Under the pieces are notes generated by a model, which had not been told where the DNA came from, searched no databases, and was given only the letters and a program-made list of their open reading frames with translations. From assembly GCA_951406725.2 (NCBI GenBank), contig OX597821.1:34472001-34536000 (forward strand): a stretch of 64,000 nucleotides of DNA. The letters run 5' to 3'. The translations under genes and the position numbers were made by a program. The DNA comes from Octopus vulgaris. Lineage: Eukaryota. This document shows, piece after piece, positions 39,936 through 53,733 of the stretch (the stretch's first letter is position 1; every line of letters starts with the position of its first letter).

Positions 39936-40275
39936 GTGAAGGCACATAGTGCAATGCTTAGAGTGTTGGGCTTACAATCATAAAGTTGTGAGTTTGATTC
40001 CCCAACCGGGCTGTGTGTTGTGTTCTTGAGCAAGATGCTTTTTTTCACATTGCTCCAGTTCACTCAGCTGTAGAAACGAGTTGTGACATCACTGGTGCCA
40101 AGCTGTATCATCCTTTGCCTTTCCCTTGGATAACATCAGTGATGTGGAGAGGGGAGGCCGATATGCATGGGCGACTGCTGATCTTCCATAAAACAACCTT
40201 GCCTGGACTTGTGCCACAGAGGGGAACTTTCTAGGTGCAATCCCATGGTCATTCATGGCTGAAGGGGCTCTTTAC
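39936..40275 (+). mobile_element. SINE family D
   Basis: Homologous to 19352-19710. Confidence 0.82.
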
Positions 40276-40442
40276 GTATTATGGGATTGAAACTAGTTTA
40301 GCTCATCCTTTGTATAATCCAGTCATTATATACACTGATAAATGTGTTAAATTATATGATACAAGGACAAGGCTTGACTGATACTCATATTAAATTTTTT
40401 GATAATACCTCATCTAAGACCTCGTATTATGGTGTTCATATA

Positions 40443-40864
40443 CTCTTTACTCTTTTACTCTTTTACTTGTTTCAGTCATTTGATTGCGGCCATTCTGGAG
40501 CACCGCCTTTTAATCAAGCAACTCGACCCCGGGACTTATTCTTTTTTGTAAGCCCAGTACTTATTCGATCGGTCTCTTTTGCCGAACCGCTAAGTGACGG
40601 GGACATAAACACACCAGCATCGGTTGTCAAGCAATGCTAGGGGGACAAACACAGACGCACAAACATACATGCACACACTTATATATATATATACATATAT
40701 ACGACGGGCTTCTTTCAGTTTCCGTCTACTAAATCCACTCACAAGGCTTTGGTCGGCCCGAGTCTATAGTAGAAGACACTTGCCCAAGGTGCCACGCAGC
40801 GGGACTGAACCCGGAACCATGTGGTTGGTAAGCAAGCTACTTACCACACAGCCACTCCTGCGCC
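40443..40864 (-). mobile_element. SINE family B, full length
   Basis: Homology; CpGs largely retained, so relatively young. Confidence 0.92.
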
Positions 40865-41651
40865 TATCTAACCCTTTAGCATTTAATGACACTATATCCA
40901 GCCCAAATATCCTACCTTTTTTATGTTCAAAAGAACCCGATCTGACCTCTCGTAAGTCCCTTACAATGCAATTTTAAAAACAAAACAAGGCGACTACGTT
41001 ATTGATATCGCAAAGCTACAAGATAGTGAATGCATGATTAATTCCAAACCATGTAAATGTGAATAAGCATTACATTTGACAGAGTAATCTGAATGCTAAA
41101 GGGTTAAATTGAAATCCTTTACCAAACTTCAAATTTATTAACATCTTTGTAAATAAATGTTTTACCAAAAGAAACTAATAGAATAAGTACTGGTTTAAAA
41201 ACCAAGTCCTGGGGTTGATTTACTCAAACCCTTCAAGGTGGTGCTCCAGCATGGTCACAGTTAAATGACTGAAACAAGTAAAAGAATATACATAAACACT
41301 TATGTATGTATGTATGTTTGTATGTATGGATGTATGTATGTATGTTTGTATGTATGGATGTATGTATGTATATATCTATCTATCTTTGTATCTATCTATC
41401 TATATATATATATATTATATATTAAATTAGAGATAAAACCACTATTAGGCAAATCATACAGTGAAAATCATAAGCCAATACATAGAAATAAAATTAATTA
41501 AAAAATATATAAGAAATATAAAATATAAAATATAAAAATCAAATTAAAATATTTAAATTAAAGTTAAAATTTTAAAAAATTATTTAAATTAATAATTTAA
41601 ACTTATAAATTATAAATGTATATATATTTTTATTATTATTAATAATAATAG

Positions 41652-41790
<139 letters not shown>

Positions 41791-42572
41791 AATATATATA
41801 TATTTGTGCATATTATATATATATATGGATCAGATGAAATTCACTGAGGCAGATTTCCCTTGCCTGGGTGACTTCCCTGTCACCAACCCTCACTTGTTTC
41901 CAAGCGAGAAAATATTTCGCAAACGACTGGAAATGAAGAACATTGCCTGTATGGCCATGATGTTCATTCACATCTTCATGACATCCAGTTCAGAAAACAA
42001 AACTCTGTTGCTCGTCATTTTCACTCTGTAGACCACACAACACAGCACAACATCTCACAATGTTTGGCTTGGCATGAGAAATACGAGGTCCCTTATTTTG
42101 AAAACAAGATAAATGCTAAAGATATGAAGAGGGCATCCAAGTATAAAACAATGCCTCAAATTGGATATAAAAATGAAGAAACGATACTCACACATGTGTG
42201 GATGTGTTTATAATTATGTTAACACTGGTCTTGGTACAGGTGTGTTTATATTGTACACCTTTTACGTACGCAAATTAACCACGCAGCACATAGAGATCAA
42301 TAACAGATACCAGACAGAAATACTTCCTGGGTTTTATAAGGTCAACTAAAACACTTTGAGATGGTGCAGCATCTTGGCTGCAGTCCAATGGCCATCGAAA
42401 GAATAATTGTATTGTATTGGAAATATATGGTCAAGGAAGGGTTAAATGAAATATCTGGACATCCTGTTATGCACCATCTTATCATTTTACCATTCTTTTG
42501 TGTTTCTTTAATAATAGCTCTTCATCTCATGTGCGCGTGTGCATGTGTGTGTGTGTGTGTGTGTATGTGTGC

Positions 42573-42631
<59 letters not shown>

Positions 42632-43267
42632 GCTTCAGAAGCTGTGTGACATCATTGTCTGGCTGGCCAATACAAACAAAGGTCATGAGTCATGCTACTA
42701 TTTGCAAATCTTCGGCTGCTGCCTCATCTGGTTTGTGTACTTTGGTAAGCGCCGAGTTCAATTTCTATTTGAGGGATTGATTTTGTTGTCTTCTGTTCAA
42801 TGTCTTTGACTTTTATTAAGTACTTTTGTGTTGTTCTGCAACAACATCCTTGCTTAGTTTCACAAAATGTGTATATGTGTATAGATATATATATGAATGC
42901 CTGTGTGTGTGTGTGTATTTATATATGTGTGAATATTTATATATACACCACACACACATATAGATATATATGTATATATTTGTGTATGTGGTTATATATG
43001 TGTGCACACACACACACACATGCACATATACACATACATATACATGTGTGTGTGTGTGTATGTATATATATATATATGTATAAAGAACAAATTAAAAAGG
43101 GTCGCTTATTAGCAATTGGAACCTAAAGGCAAAATTAACAGAGGTCACGAAAGTGACAGGGTACTGATTAGCACCACTTTTGCTAAAAATAAGAGTTAAA
43201 ACGACTCAAAAAGCCACAAAAGCACTGTCTTAATGACTGACAAAGGGAGGTAAGTCCCCATAGAAAA

Positions 43268-43326
43268 CAATCGGATCGCGATTTCAGATTTTGATGTAGA
43301 TCATCTTAATCCTCATCAGTAACTCT
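43268..43326 (-). ncRNA. Candidate minimal type I hammerhead ribozyme (Penelope-type)
   Basis: Minus strand CUGAUGA-GGAUU/GAUG..CAUC/AAUCU-GAAA-UCGCGA-UC; stem I weak. Confidence 0.55.
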
Positions 43327-43437
43327 TAACACCAACTGTTGAAAGCATGTGCTGGCTTTTTGAGCAGTTTTAAACTCTTATTGCATAAATGCATGCATGC
43401 ATGCATACATACATACATACATACATACATACATACA

Positions 43438-43470
<33 letters not shown>

Positions 43471-44527
43471 GCATGCATGCATGCATGCATGCACACATAC
43501 ATGCATACATATACACACACTCAAGGCAGTGAGCTGGCAGAGACGTTAGCACGCTGGGCAAAGTTGTCCTTGCATGCAGATATGTGCCCTGCATCCCTCT
43601 TCAGCTGAGCGATCCTAACCCTGTGAGCTCATGGGTGCTGGTGCCATATAAAAAGCACCGGTGCCAGTGTCCCATAAAAGCAACCGGAACACTCTATAAA
43701 GTGGTTGGTGATAGGAAGGGCTTCTAGCTGTAGAAACCATGCAAAAACAAACATGGAGCCCAGGCAACTTTTCAGCTGACCAGCTCCTGTTAAACCGTCC
43801 AACCCATGCCAGTATGGAGAATGGATGTTAAATGATGATGACCAAAATGATGGTTGTGTGTGTGTGTGTGTGTCTAAACACACAGATACAGCTGTGTGAT
43901 TAAGAAGCTCACCTCCTGACCATTTGGTTTCAAGTTCAGTCTCACTGCCTTATATCTTGAGCTGGTGTCTTCTGTCATAGCCTTGAGCCAATCAAAAACT
44001 TGTGAGCAGATTTAATTGTGTGTGTATATATGTATGTCTACATTTATGTGTGTGTATATCTGTGGGATTGCATTTTTAATTCTCCCAAAATTGCTCAGCT
44101 ATGGGCAATGACATTGTTGTCATTTCCCCCATCAATGGGTCATCTGCTTACTTTGCACTTTCAAAGATCATTAACCTTTTTATACAATGCATTTGTAGTG
44201 GTGGTCATCCTAACAGAAAAAAAACACTCAGCAATCTCCATGATACTAAGTAAGAGGGCATTTGTTTAACTACCAAGAGGAAGCATTGTAAGGGCTATTG
44301 GTTTATGTCATCAAGGACAAAGAGCTATTATATTAATTATGACTGGACTTGCATTTTATGTGAAGTTGGTCAACAGAATTGCTTAGCAAAACAGCTATTA
44401 GTGCCAATGTTCCTTTGTACCAAAAATACAATACAAACGTGTTTAAGTAGATCTAGTCGCCATGATAGATTGTTAGCCACTACACACATTTTTTTTCTCT
44501 CCTTGTTTCTCTTCTTGTTTTTTCTGT

Positions 44528-44569
44528 GTCCCTTTCTGTAGAAGAGCATAGGCTCGAAAAGTAAAAGAC
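44528..44569 (+). ncRNA. Candidate degenerate minimal hammerhead ribozyme (Penelope-type)
   Basis: gtcccttt-CTGTAGAA-GAGC-atag-GCTC-GAAA-agta-aaagac; two deviations from the core consensus. Confidence 0.45.
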
Positions 44570-44658
44570 TTTTTCTATTCCTGAGCATAATACTAATACA
44601 TCTGTTTGTTTTGTACACCACCTGTCTTCGTCTTTTGTTCTTTTTCGTAACTCTCGCT

Positions 44659-46011
44659 ATCATCATCATCATCATCGTTTAGCGTCCGTTTTCCATGCTA
44701 GCATGGGTTGGACGGTTCTACTGGGGTCTGTGAAGCCAGAAGGCTTCATCAGGCCCAGTCAAATCTGGCAGTGTTTCTACGGCTGGATGCCCTTCCTAAC
44801 GCCAACCACTCCGTGAGTGTAGTGGGTGCTTTTTACGTGCCACCCGCACTGGTGCCAGACAGAGCTGGCAAACGGCCACGAACGGATGGTGCTTTTTATG
44901 TGCCACCGGCACGAGGGCCAGGCGAGGCTGGCAACGGACACGAAACGGGGCGGTGCTGGCAACGGTCGCGAAACGGAAAGTTCTCTTACATGCCACCGGC
45001 ACTGGTAACACATCTGCAATTTCCATTGATCGATTTCGATTCTGATCCTCACTTGCCTCAACGGGTCTTCACAAGTAGAGTTTCGACATGCCACCGGCAC
45101 TGGTAACACATCCGCAATTTCCATTGATCGATTTCGATTCTGATCCTCACTTGCCTCAACACGTCTTCACAAGTAGAGTTTTGTGTCCCATGAAGGGAAG
45201 GTATGCATACGTAGGCTGGCTCCATCCCATGTAGAAGGCCACGCGTTATGAACTCACTTGTCCTGCCGGGTCTTCTCGCGCACAGCACACTTCCAGAGGT
45301 CTCGGTCTCTAGTCATTTCCTCAGTGAGACCTAAAGAGCGAAGGTCGTGCTTCACCACCTCGTCCCAGGTTTTCCTGGGTCTGCCTCTTCCACAGGTTCC
45401 CTCAACCGCTAGGGTGTGGCACTTTTTCACACAACTATCTTCATCCATTCTCGCCACATGACCATACCAGCGCAAACGTCTCTCTTGCACACCACAACTG
45501 ATGCTTCTTAGGTCCAGCTTTTCTCTCAAGGTACTTACACTCTGCCGAGTGTGAGTACCGGCATTACACATCCATCGGAGCATACTGGCTTCATTTCTAG
45601 CGAGCTTACACATATCCTCAGCAGTCACGGCCCATGTTTCACTGCCATGTAGCATGGCTGTTCGTACACACGCATCATACAGTCTGCCTTTCACTCTGTG
45701 CGAGAGGCCTTTTGTCACCAGCAGAGGTAATAGCTCTCTGAACTTTGCCCAAGCTATTCTTACTCTAGCAGTTACACTTTCAGCACACCCGCCCCCGCTG
45801 CTGACTTGGTCACCTAGGTAACGGAAACTATCAACTATTTCTAGTTTTTCTCCCTGGAAAGTGACGGAAGTTGGTCTCAGAGCATTTTCAGTGTTTATTG
45901 TTCCTGAGCATCTGCCACATACAAAAACCATCTTCCTAGTTAGCCTTCCTTTGACATTGCTGCATCTCTTATGTGTCCATAGCTTACACTTGGTGCATCT
46001 TATAGAGTTTC
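44659..46011 (-). mobile_element. 5'-truncated RTE-clade LINE (3' 1.35 kb) with (GAT)n tail
   Basis: Open RT C-terminal ORF, repeat-containing 3' UTR, tail ggacgctaaacgatgatgat. Confidence 0.95.
45254..46011 (-). CDS. RTE retrotransposon polyprotein C-terminus (partial; Cys/His finger plus RT thumb region)
   Basis: CTKCKLWTHKRC..FVCGRC, VDSFRYLGD, AMLHGSETW, RRLRWYGHVARM, GRGRPRKTW; the ORF track's N-terminus is (TA)n-derived. Confidence 0.9.
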
Positions 46012-46020
46012 TATAAGCTA

Positions 46021-46089
<69 letters not shown>

Positions 46090-46409
46090 AAACAAATGCA
46101 CACACATAAATACACACAAACAACAATGCACATCTAAAAGTGCAGTAATGTTTGATGTTGTTCAAAAGGTTTTTTTACTAAACTGAAAAGCTTGATGCCA
46201 TTCAAAGTGGATAAAAGATCTATTTGTTTATTTATTTATTTTGGATTGGATTGGCTAAACAGGATGTGTCCAGTTGTTCTCACTGGCTGTTTGAGGCCAA
46301 TGACCAATGTGGTCAGTGACAGCAATGCAGATGTTCTTCGTGGATAATTGCAATTTGACCAGAGCAAGAAAAAACATTGGTAGGGAGGAAATCCCAGAGG
46401 GCTAACATA

Positions 46410-47056
46410 CTACAGGAGGCTAAAAATGTCCTGGCTTTCACCCTTTAGTTTTTAAACTGACCATATCCAGCCAAAATATTCTATTTGTTTTATGTTCAAA
46501 CTGGTCAAATACAATCCCTCACACCTACTCTACAATATCATACTAAGAGTAAACAAACCCATAATTGAAATCTCAAAGTTACAAGATAATGCATGATTAA
46601 TTAAAAGCAGTGTGAATAAATAAGCATCGAATTTGACAGAATAATCTGAATGCTAAAGGATTAAGGGTATCATGAAAGACCTTCCAAGTTCTTTTACGGG
46701 GCTTAGCAAAACTGAAGGATAGCTGCGATAAGTTTGGGAATCTGAGAGGGAAATATGTTGAATAAAATCATAATTAACTGATCCTCCTGTATCTTCTTTT
46801 GCCTAAAGCCAGTAACTTTTCAATACTCCTTTGTATATATGTATTCAAGTGGGTGCTGAAAAGTTCCTGGAATTAAGGGTGTCATGAAAAGCCTGGTTGG
46901 AGGTCTAACGTTCCAAGTTCTTCTACAGGGCCTAGAAAAACTGAAGGACTACTGCAAAAAGTGTGTGAATCTGAGAGGGGAATATGTTGAATAAATAATC
47001 TGATTTTCCTGTATTTTCTTTAACTCGAAGTCAGAAACTTTTCAGCACCTCCTCAT
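46410..47056 (+). mobile_element. Two adjacent mariner MITEs, the first interrupted by MITE I
   Basis: TIR ggtgctgaaaagttcctgg...gaaacttttcagcacc; both carry a mariner C-terminal remnant (second copy FFYR.LEKLKDYCKKCVNLRGEYVE*). Confidence 0.82.
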
Positions 47057-47984
47057 AGTTGATAGTGCAGAGTATTGGGGAGGTACAATATAGGCCACAA
47101 GCAGAGAGATGAGTGCATCAGGAGTGACTGAGTGGAGGTCATATCAAAGCAAGCACCTCTGAGGAGTGAAGGCCACTGTAGAAGAAGAAGAAGGAAGAGA
47201 AGTAGTAGCAGTAGCACATTTGTGAACCAGATGTTGGAGTATATTGGAGAGTAACTTTATACCTGTCATTTAATCTTGTAGCACCTATTGTAAATAACAC
47301 TTATTGATAATTTTTAGTGTCACAGATTCCCTATATTATGGGAAAAAACTCCCATCAAAATCGAAAGTTTGGACAAGTAAAAATTATTTATACTTGAACT
47401 CCGTTACATATAAGCAATTATGTCTCCTGGTTGTTGCAAGTTTTTCAATGATGCGTTTTGATTTGCTTAATAATTTTTTTCCCTTGTATATTAATTAGTA
47501 AATTTAGGTGTTATAGGATTAAACCATTGATTACTTATTGTATTTTATTCATCCCTATTGTGAACACACACACACACACTCTGTATGACTGGCTTTCACA
47601 CAGTTCTTGCCTACCAAATTAACTCACGAAGGCATTGGACTATGATAGATTCATAGAAGAAGACAATCAACATTGTCATGCAGTAGGATTGAAACCACAA
47701 CCATGACGTTTTCAAGCAAACTTCTTAACCACACAACTATGCCTCTATGTTAAGGTTTCTCAGTTTCTAAAAAACGTTTTTTGATAAAAGCTCTGATTAA
47801 GTTGGTTTGTTGTTCTTTGTTGTTTAACCCCAAGTCAACCCTGATTGAGTAGGCCTATGATTAAAGGCATTTTAAGCCTGAACTGACCATCCTGTCTTTT
47901 TCTTTATCTTGTGCCATATCGTATAATGTGTCCTTCCTTTCACAAGAGTGTGATTTTAAGATTTTGTTGTTATTAACAAGCGTA

Positions 47985-48225
47985 AATTGGCACATTTCGG
48001 TCATATTATGCGGAGAGAATCCCTGGAGAAGGACATAATGCTCAGAATAGTCAGTGGCAAGAGAGGAAGAGGCCGACCAAGAACCCGCTGGCTTGACACC
48101 ATCAGGAGTGATACCGGAATGGACATGGCCAGTCTGAAGGAAGCGGCCCAGGATAGAACTGACTGGAGGACACTGATCCAACGAGTGACCGAGAGTCAAC
48201 TTCGACTGAGCGGATAGAGAGAGAG
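47985..48225 (+). pseudogene. 3' end of a second RTE lineage (BovB-like C-terminus)
   Basis: FGHIMRRESLEKDIMLRIVSGKRGRGRPRTRWLD..AAQDRTDWRTLIQRVTESQLRLSG* then (GA)n. Confidence 0.85.
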
Positions 48226-49048
48226 TTATTAACATGTTGAGAGACCATATCTGAGACTTCTTTGTTGAGTTGTGTTGTTTTAGTCGAGACCAGTGTCAGA
48301 ACAGATCTTTTGTTAGTTGGCATTATAAAGATTATAAAGTGTTGATTGTTGTTGTTGTTGTTGTTGTTGTTGAATAACTTTTATCATGGGTATTTGTGCT
48401 AGTGCCACATTAAAAGCACCCAGCACACTCTGTTAAGTGGTTGGCATTAGGAAGGGCATCCAGCTGTAGAAACCAAGCTTAACCAGACTGGAAACTGGTG
48501 CATCACTCCTACTGGCCAACACTGATCAAACCATCTAACCCATGACAACATGGAAAAATAGACGTTAAAGGATGATGATGATGATGACGATGATAATGAT
48601 GATGATTCCAGCTATCACAACCTCATTTGTTTTTTTTTAAGACATAATGTACACCTAAGAACAAAAACCAGTGTGCCCTTTCCAAACAGGGTAAGATGTA
48701 GTTTGAGAAAGATCAAGCTGCTATTTCTAGCAGGTTGATTCAGCATGCTGTTGTTCTCTCCTTGGCTCTCAAAAATAAAGCAGGGGGCAGACTGCTCTGG
48801 TGTTGATGGTAGTATAACTTGTTAAGTTGTGAAAAGATGGCTAGGTGTTTTAGAAAAATCTGGTTGGTATTTCTAGCAGGTTTATTCAGCTTATGCTGGT
48901 TCTTTTGCTTTGCTAAAACAAAACAAAAAAAAAAAGTGTTTGGAGTTGCAGTAATAGTTGTATGGTTGTTGAGTTGTGATAAGATAAATGAGCAGCTGCT
49001 AACACAATCCTCATGTAATTAATTATATGTCAAGTTCCCTTCGGAACC

Positions 49049-49239
49049 ACTACTCTACATCATCACCACCACCACCACCACTACCATCATCATCATCATC
49101 ATCCTCATCATCACCATCATCATCATCACCATCATCACCACCATCACCACACCACCACACCACCATCACCACCATCATCATCATCATCACCATCATCATC
49201 ACCACCACCATCACAACCACCACCATCACCACCACCACC

Positions 49240-49285
<46 letters not shown>

Positions 49286-49325
49286 ACGACAACAGTAACT
49301 ACAACAACAACAAGCAACTACAACA
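49049..49325. repeat. (CAT/CAC/CAA)n compound microsatellite
   Basis: Direct inspection. Confidence 0.95.
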
Positions 49326-49869
49326 GGAAGAATAATACATAAATGTGTATTTAATATTTAAAATCTGACTGTTTGTTGATCGCCAGTAATTCAAGATGAA
49401 AAGATGAAGATTAAACCACATATGAAGATCACTGAATAATTCCCGTTTCCCAGTGTCTAGTTGAGACAGCAATAACAACGAATTAATGATGGAGTCTGTA
49501 TGTTGTTTGTTGATTGCTTGACCTGCAACAAATAGTAGATAGATATCCCTCAAAAAATTACACAATACCATCTTGTAAAAATGGAAAAGCAACAACAAAA
49601 AGAAAATACTAGATAAAGTAATCATAGAGTCCTAGATATGTTTTGTCTGAGAATAAGTTGGGATAGCCTTGAAATGAATTTCACTGAGCTGGAGCTAAAC
49701 AGAAAGAGAATTTAATTGCAAATCTACCAGATAGATGGAAGAGCATTGCAGAAAATGAAGGAGAGTATATTTTAGATTAAAAAAGAACTCTGTTTATCTT
49801 AATTTTGAAAAAAAGAAGTTTTAAAAAGCCACATTATTTATGGGATGACCCAATATGTAGCAATATATA

Positions 49870-50190
49870 ACCTTACAGATATTTTATTAATCCCTGCCTT
49901 CAAAATATTGGTAATATTGAAAATTAATTGAAACACAGTTAGTATGTTCACTAGAAGCATAGTCACAAAAGGGTTTATTGATTACTAAGATACCCTCCAA
50001 AATATTGACAATATTGAAAACTAATTGAAACATAATCAGAATGCTCATTAGAAATATGGTCACGAAAGGCTAATAATGACACAGTTATTGATTTTACTTA
50101 AATCCTTTCCAAATTCTTGATTGTTCTCATAATTAATCGGAACTCATAAGCAGTGTATTTCATTAGAAATATGGCTGCAAAAGAGTTAAT
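49870..50190. repeat. About three degenerate tandem 90-110-bp units
   Basis: Repeated aaaatattg..aatattgaaaa.taattgaaac..ttagaaatatgg.c.c.aaag. Confidence 0.6.
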
Positions 50191-50639
50191 TGATGAATTT
50201 ATAGATCACAGGAAAAGACTTGATGTATTTCCATTTAATGATCTGACTGAAGGAGTACTGACATGAAGGTCATCACTTTTGGACTCTCTCAGTAGAATGG
50301 TCAGGTTAAACAGAGCCCAGTAACAATTAGTGAACCAACAATTAGTGAACCAACAATTAGTGAACTAACAGTTAATAAACTAGTAATTATTGTTGCTCTG
50401 CTAATTAGACCGTTTAGTTAATGAGTGTGCACCTGTTGCGAGCATTTGAACCAGCTCACCCATTTGCTGATAACTTGAGACCATTGCATTTTCTTCCTAC
50501 CACAGACAGACCTGATGCCCCTAGAAATAGCAACCTGATGTCCCTCAATTTGCATCTTAACCTTACTGTCTTAAAAATATAGGAATATATTGGATAATAT
50601 AATCCAGAACAAAGCACAAGCACAAAAAAAAACATAAAA

Positions 50640-51048
50640 TGTGGCTGTGGGTTAAGAAACTTGCTTTCCAACCACATCATTCTGGGTTCAATCCCACTGC
50701 ATGGCTCTTTGGGCAAATGTCTTCTACTAAAGCTTCTGGCTGACCAAAGCTTTGTGAGTGGAATTGGTAGGTGGAAACTGAAAGAAGCCTGTCATATATA
50801 TGTATATATGTATGTATGTGTGTGTGTGTCTTTGCGTCCATGTTTGTCCCCCACCACTGCTTGGCAACTGGTGCTGGCGTGTTTACGTCCCTGTAACTTA
50901 GTGGTTCGGCATAGGGACTGATAGAATAAGTACCAAGCTTAACACTCAAAAAAAAGGTACCGGGGACATTTCATTCAACCAAAAGTTCTTCAAGGTGGTG
51001 CCCCAGCATGGCCACAGTCTAATGACTAAAACAAATAAAAGATAAAAA
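50640..51048 (+). mobile_element. SINE family B (older subfamily)
   Basis: Homology. Confidence 0.85.
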
Positions 51049-52890
51049 GTGACCATGATTTGTAAGTCACAGACCATCGGTCTCCTCCTTCATAACTAAC
51101 CTAGAAATAAACACCAACAACTGACCCATGAGCCTTGGTTTCTTCCCCTCTTTCTCACCACCAGTCTTGGAAACATTATTAAAAATCCCAACACTTCCTT
51201 TTCTCCTTCCTAGAAATAGAATTGGTGAGCTTCTATGTGGTAACTCACTCAACTAAAAATAGCAACCAAATGTCCCTTAAATTTCATCTTAACTTTACTG
51301 TTTCTTCCCAAATCTGTCTCTGTCAAACTCTCAACTTTGACCAGTTTGAAATATTTTCAAGAGAAAGTTTTGCGACTCTGGTTGTGGATAAAGAAGACAG
51401 TGGGAATAAATTTAGCAATTTTTGGCAAAATATATGCCCTTTTGCCAAGTTATAACAAAAAGTTAGTGAAATATTTAAAATGTTTACAGTTGGATAGATA
51501 GACAAATATAACAAAATAATTTGACAAAAAAATGTGAATTTTTAATTATTTTCTGAGATTTTACAAAAACAACAAAAATATTATTAAAAAAAACCCAAAA
51601 ATATTTTAAAATTTTGGAAATTAGTATCAGTGGTTGCAGGTATGGCCATATAGTTCAGGGTTTCACTGACTAACCACCTGGTTCTTGGTAACCATCACAC
51701 TGTCTAGCACTTAGGGTCTATGTTTTCTACAGCAGTTCCAAAGTGCTCAGTATTTTGTCAGGAAAATTTTATGTTTGGGAGACAGAAACTATACAAAGCC
51801 CTGTCTTGTGCATGTGTGTGTGTGTGTGTGTGCATATCTATTGCCAATGTACATTGCTGAAATTTGGGTACTTGGAGAAAACTGGATTAACCAGTGCTCT
51901 ATGAAAGAAGTTACTTGAGGTATTTGTTCTGCATTGAGTCAGACACTGATCCTTTCTCATTCTTGTCATCAGAAATGCAGAGAACTTGCGATTGGCTGGT
52001 TGGACCCATTTAATCAACAATGCTTTTGTTCAGTAAAAATTAACAACACCATTATCTGCACTGAATGCAAAACATGCGACAGGCGTTCCACAATATGGCT
52101 GTGTGTGTGTGTGTGTGTGTGTGTCTACAGCAAAACACCTGTATCTAACTCTAACTCACTGTCATGGTTTAACCTCTCATCACCTGGCACTAAGCCACCT
52201 CCTTCAATACTACTCCCCTTCTCATTTAAGAGGGATTTTTTGGTGCCATGAAAAAAGCACCCAGTACACTCTGTAAAGCTGTACAAAAATCATGCCAAAG
52301 CTAACGAAAGACCTCCTCGGCACAGTCCTCTGGCTTGCCAGCACCTGTCAAAACGTCCGACCTGTGCCAGCATGGTGTTGGTGGTTGTGTGTGTGTGTGT
52401 GTGTGTGTGTTTTACCTTGTGTACATGCATTCAGTATACTCATAGCAACCAATGAGGCCAGCGCTGTTTGCTTGCTTCCTGGTTATTCAGGAATCAGGAC
52501 GAAAGATTTGATTGTTGTTAAAAAAAAAAACAAAAACAAACTAAGCTGTCAAATCTTTTTCAAATCATACCTTATCATCATTAAACAATATGGAAAGGTA
52601 TACTGGATAGTGATAATCTGCAAACAATTCAAAAGTGGAATAAATCAGTTTGCTGATTTAGAAGTAAAAAATAAAAGTAAACCCTATTGTTTATCCTCAG
52701 AGAGGATACCATTTTCTTCTGAGAAAGACCTTATTCTCAAATGAGTTTTGCTGTCTAAAACTTCAAACCTTTCTTCTTTCCTGTAGTAAAATTCACTTTC
52801 GAATTGTTTGTACTCAGTAATTGCCTATACAAGCCATCACTAGTTTACACTAGTTTCCATGGGTCTTACTGTTTACTTTATAGGATAATG

Positions 52891-53306
52891 GGATCTTTTC
52901 GCTTTGAACGGCAGTTTTTTCTAGCGGTGTCATATGAAATTGTCACCCATTATTATGACCCTAGAATCGATCTATTGCATTTCAATCTCTTTTAGGGTTA
53001 GGGTTAGGGGTGGGGGGAAGGGTATCTTTTTTCTTCACAAATGTGAATAAACCCAATCTGTTTCTTAAACGAGGGACATATTCATACGGCACAGAATGTT
53101 GTTTAACTCAATAGACGTCACTGATTGGTTGAAATTGCAGAAATTGAAGAAAAAAAACAACAAATATCTTACAAACTATAGAATTTTCTCAATAAAGCCA
53201 AGAGAAAAAGATGTTTTATAAACACATTCTACCAGTATACGAAGTTTAAAATTTTTTAGTTACCTAGAAATTATGTTAAAAACTGCCATTCAAACCGAAA
53301 AGATCC
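52891..53306. mobile_element. MITE family G with (TTAGGG)3
   Basis: TIRs; TSD ggataatg/ggataacg. Confidence 0.92.
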
Positions 53307-53521
53307 GGATAACGTAATGTAAGATAAACTTATTCTAAAATCTCAGGATGGTGATGGTAGCAGGCATGACCGTGTGTTTGTTTAAGAAGTTCACTTTTCA
53401 GCTACATGGTTGCTGTATGGTACCTAGGGCAAGTATTTTCTACTATCGCCCAGGGCCAACCAATACTTTGTGAGTGCATTTGGTAAATAGAAACTGTGTG
53501 AAAACCCATTGTGTGTGTGTT

Positions 53522-53733
53522 TATGTTTTCATAACTTCTTTTGAAGTTAGTGGCTGGAGGGTAAAAATATTTTGTGAAGGATTGTAAATTCAACCAGACT
53601 AAAGCAAAAATGTGGCATGGGACACTCTTCTTGCAGCAGAGTGAATGTTTCCTAATCAATTCATATTCCTGTCTGGTCAATAAATCTATTTAGTTTTGAC
53701 AAACTATATCGACCTCTGTAAAATGTATATAGA
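53522..53733 (+). mobile_element. ~210-bp repeat inserted in an old SINE B; inverted copy at 55624-55836
   Basis: Reverse-complement match over its length; short imperfect terminal inverted repeat. Confidence 0.75.
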
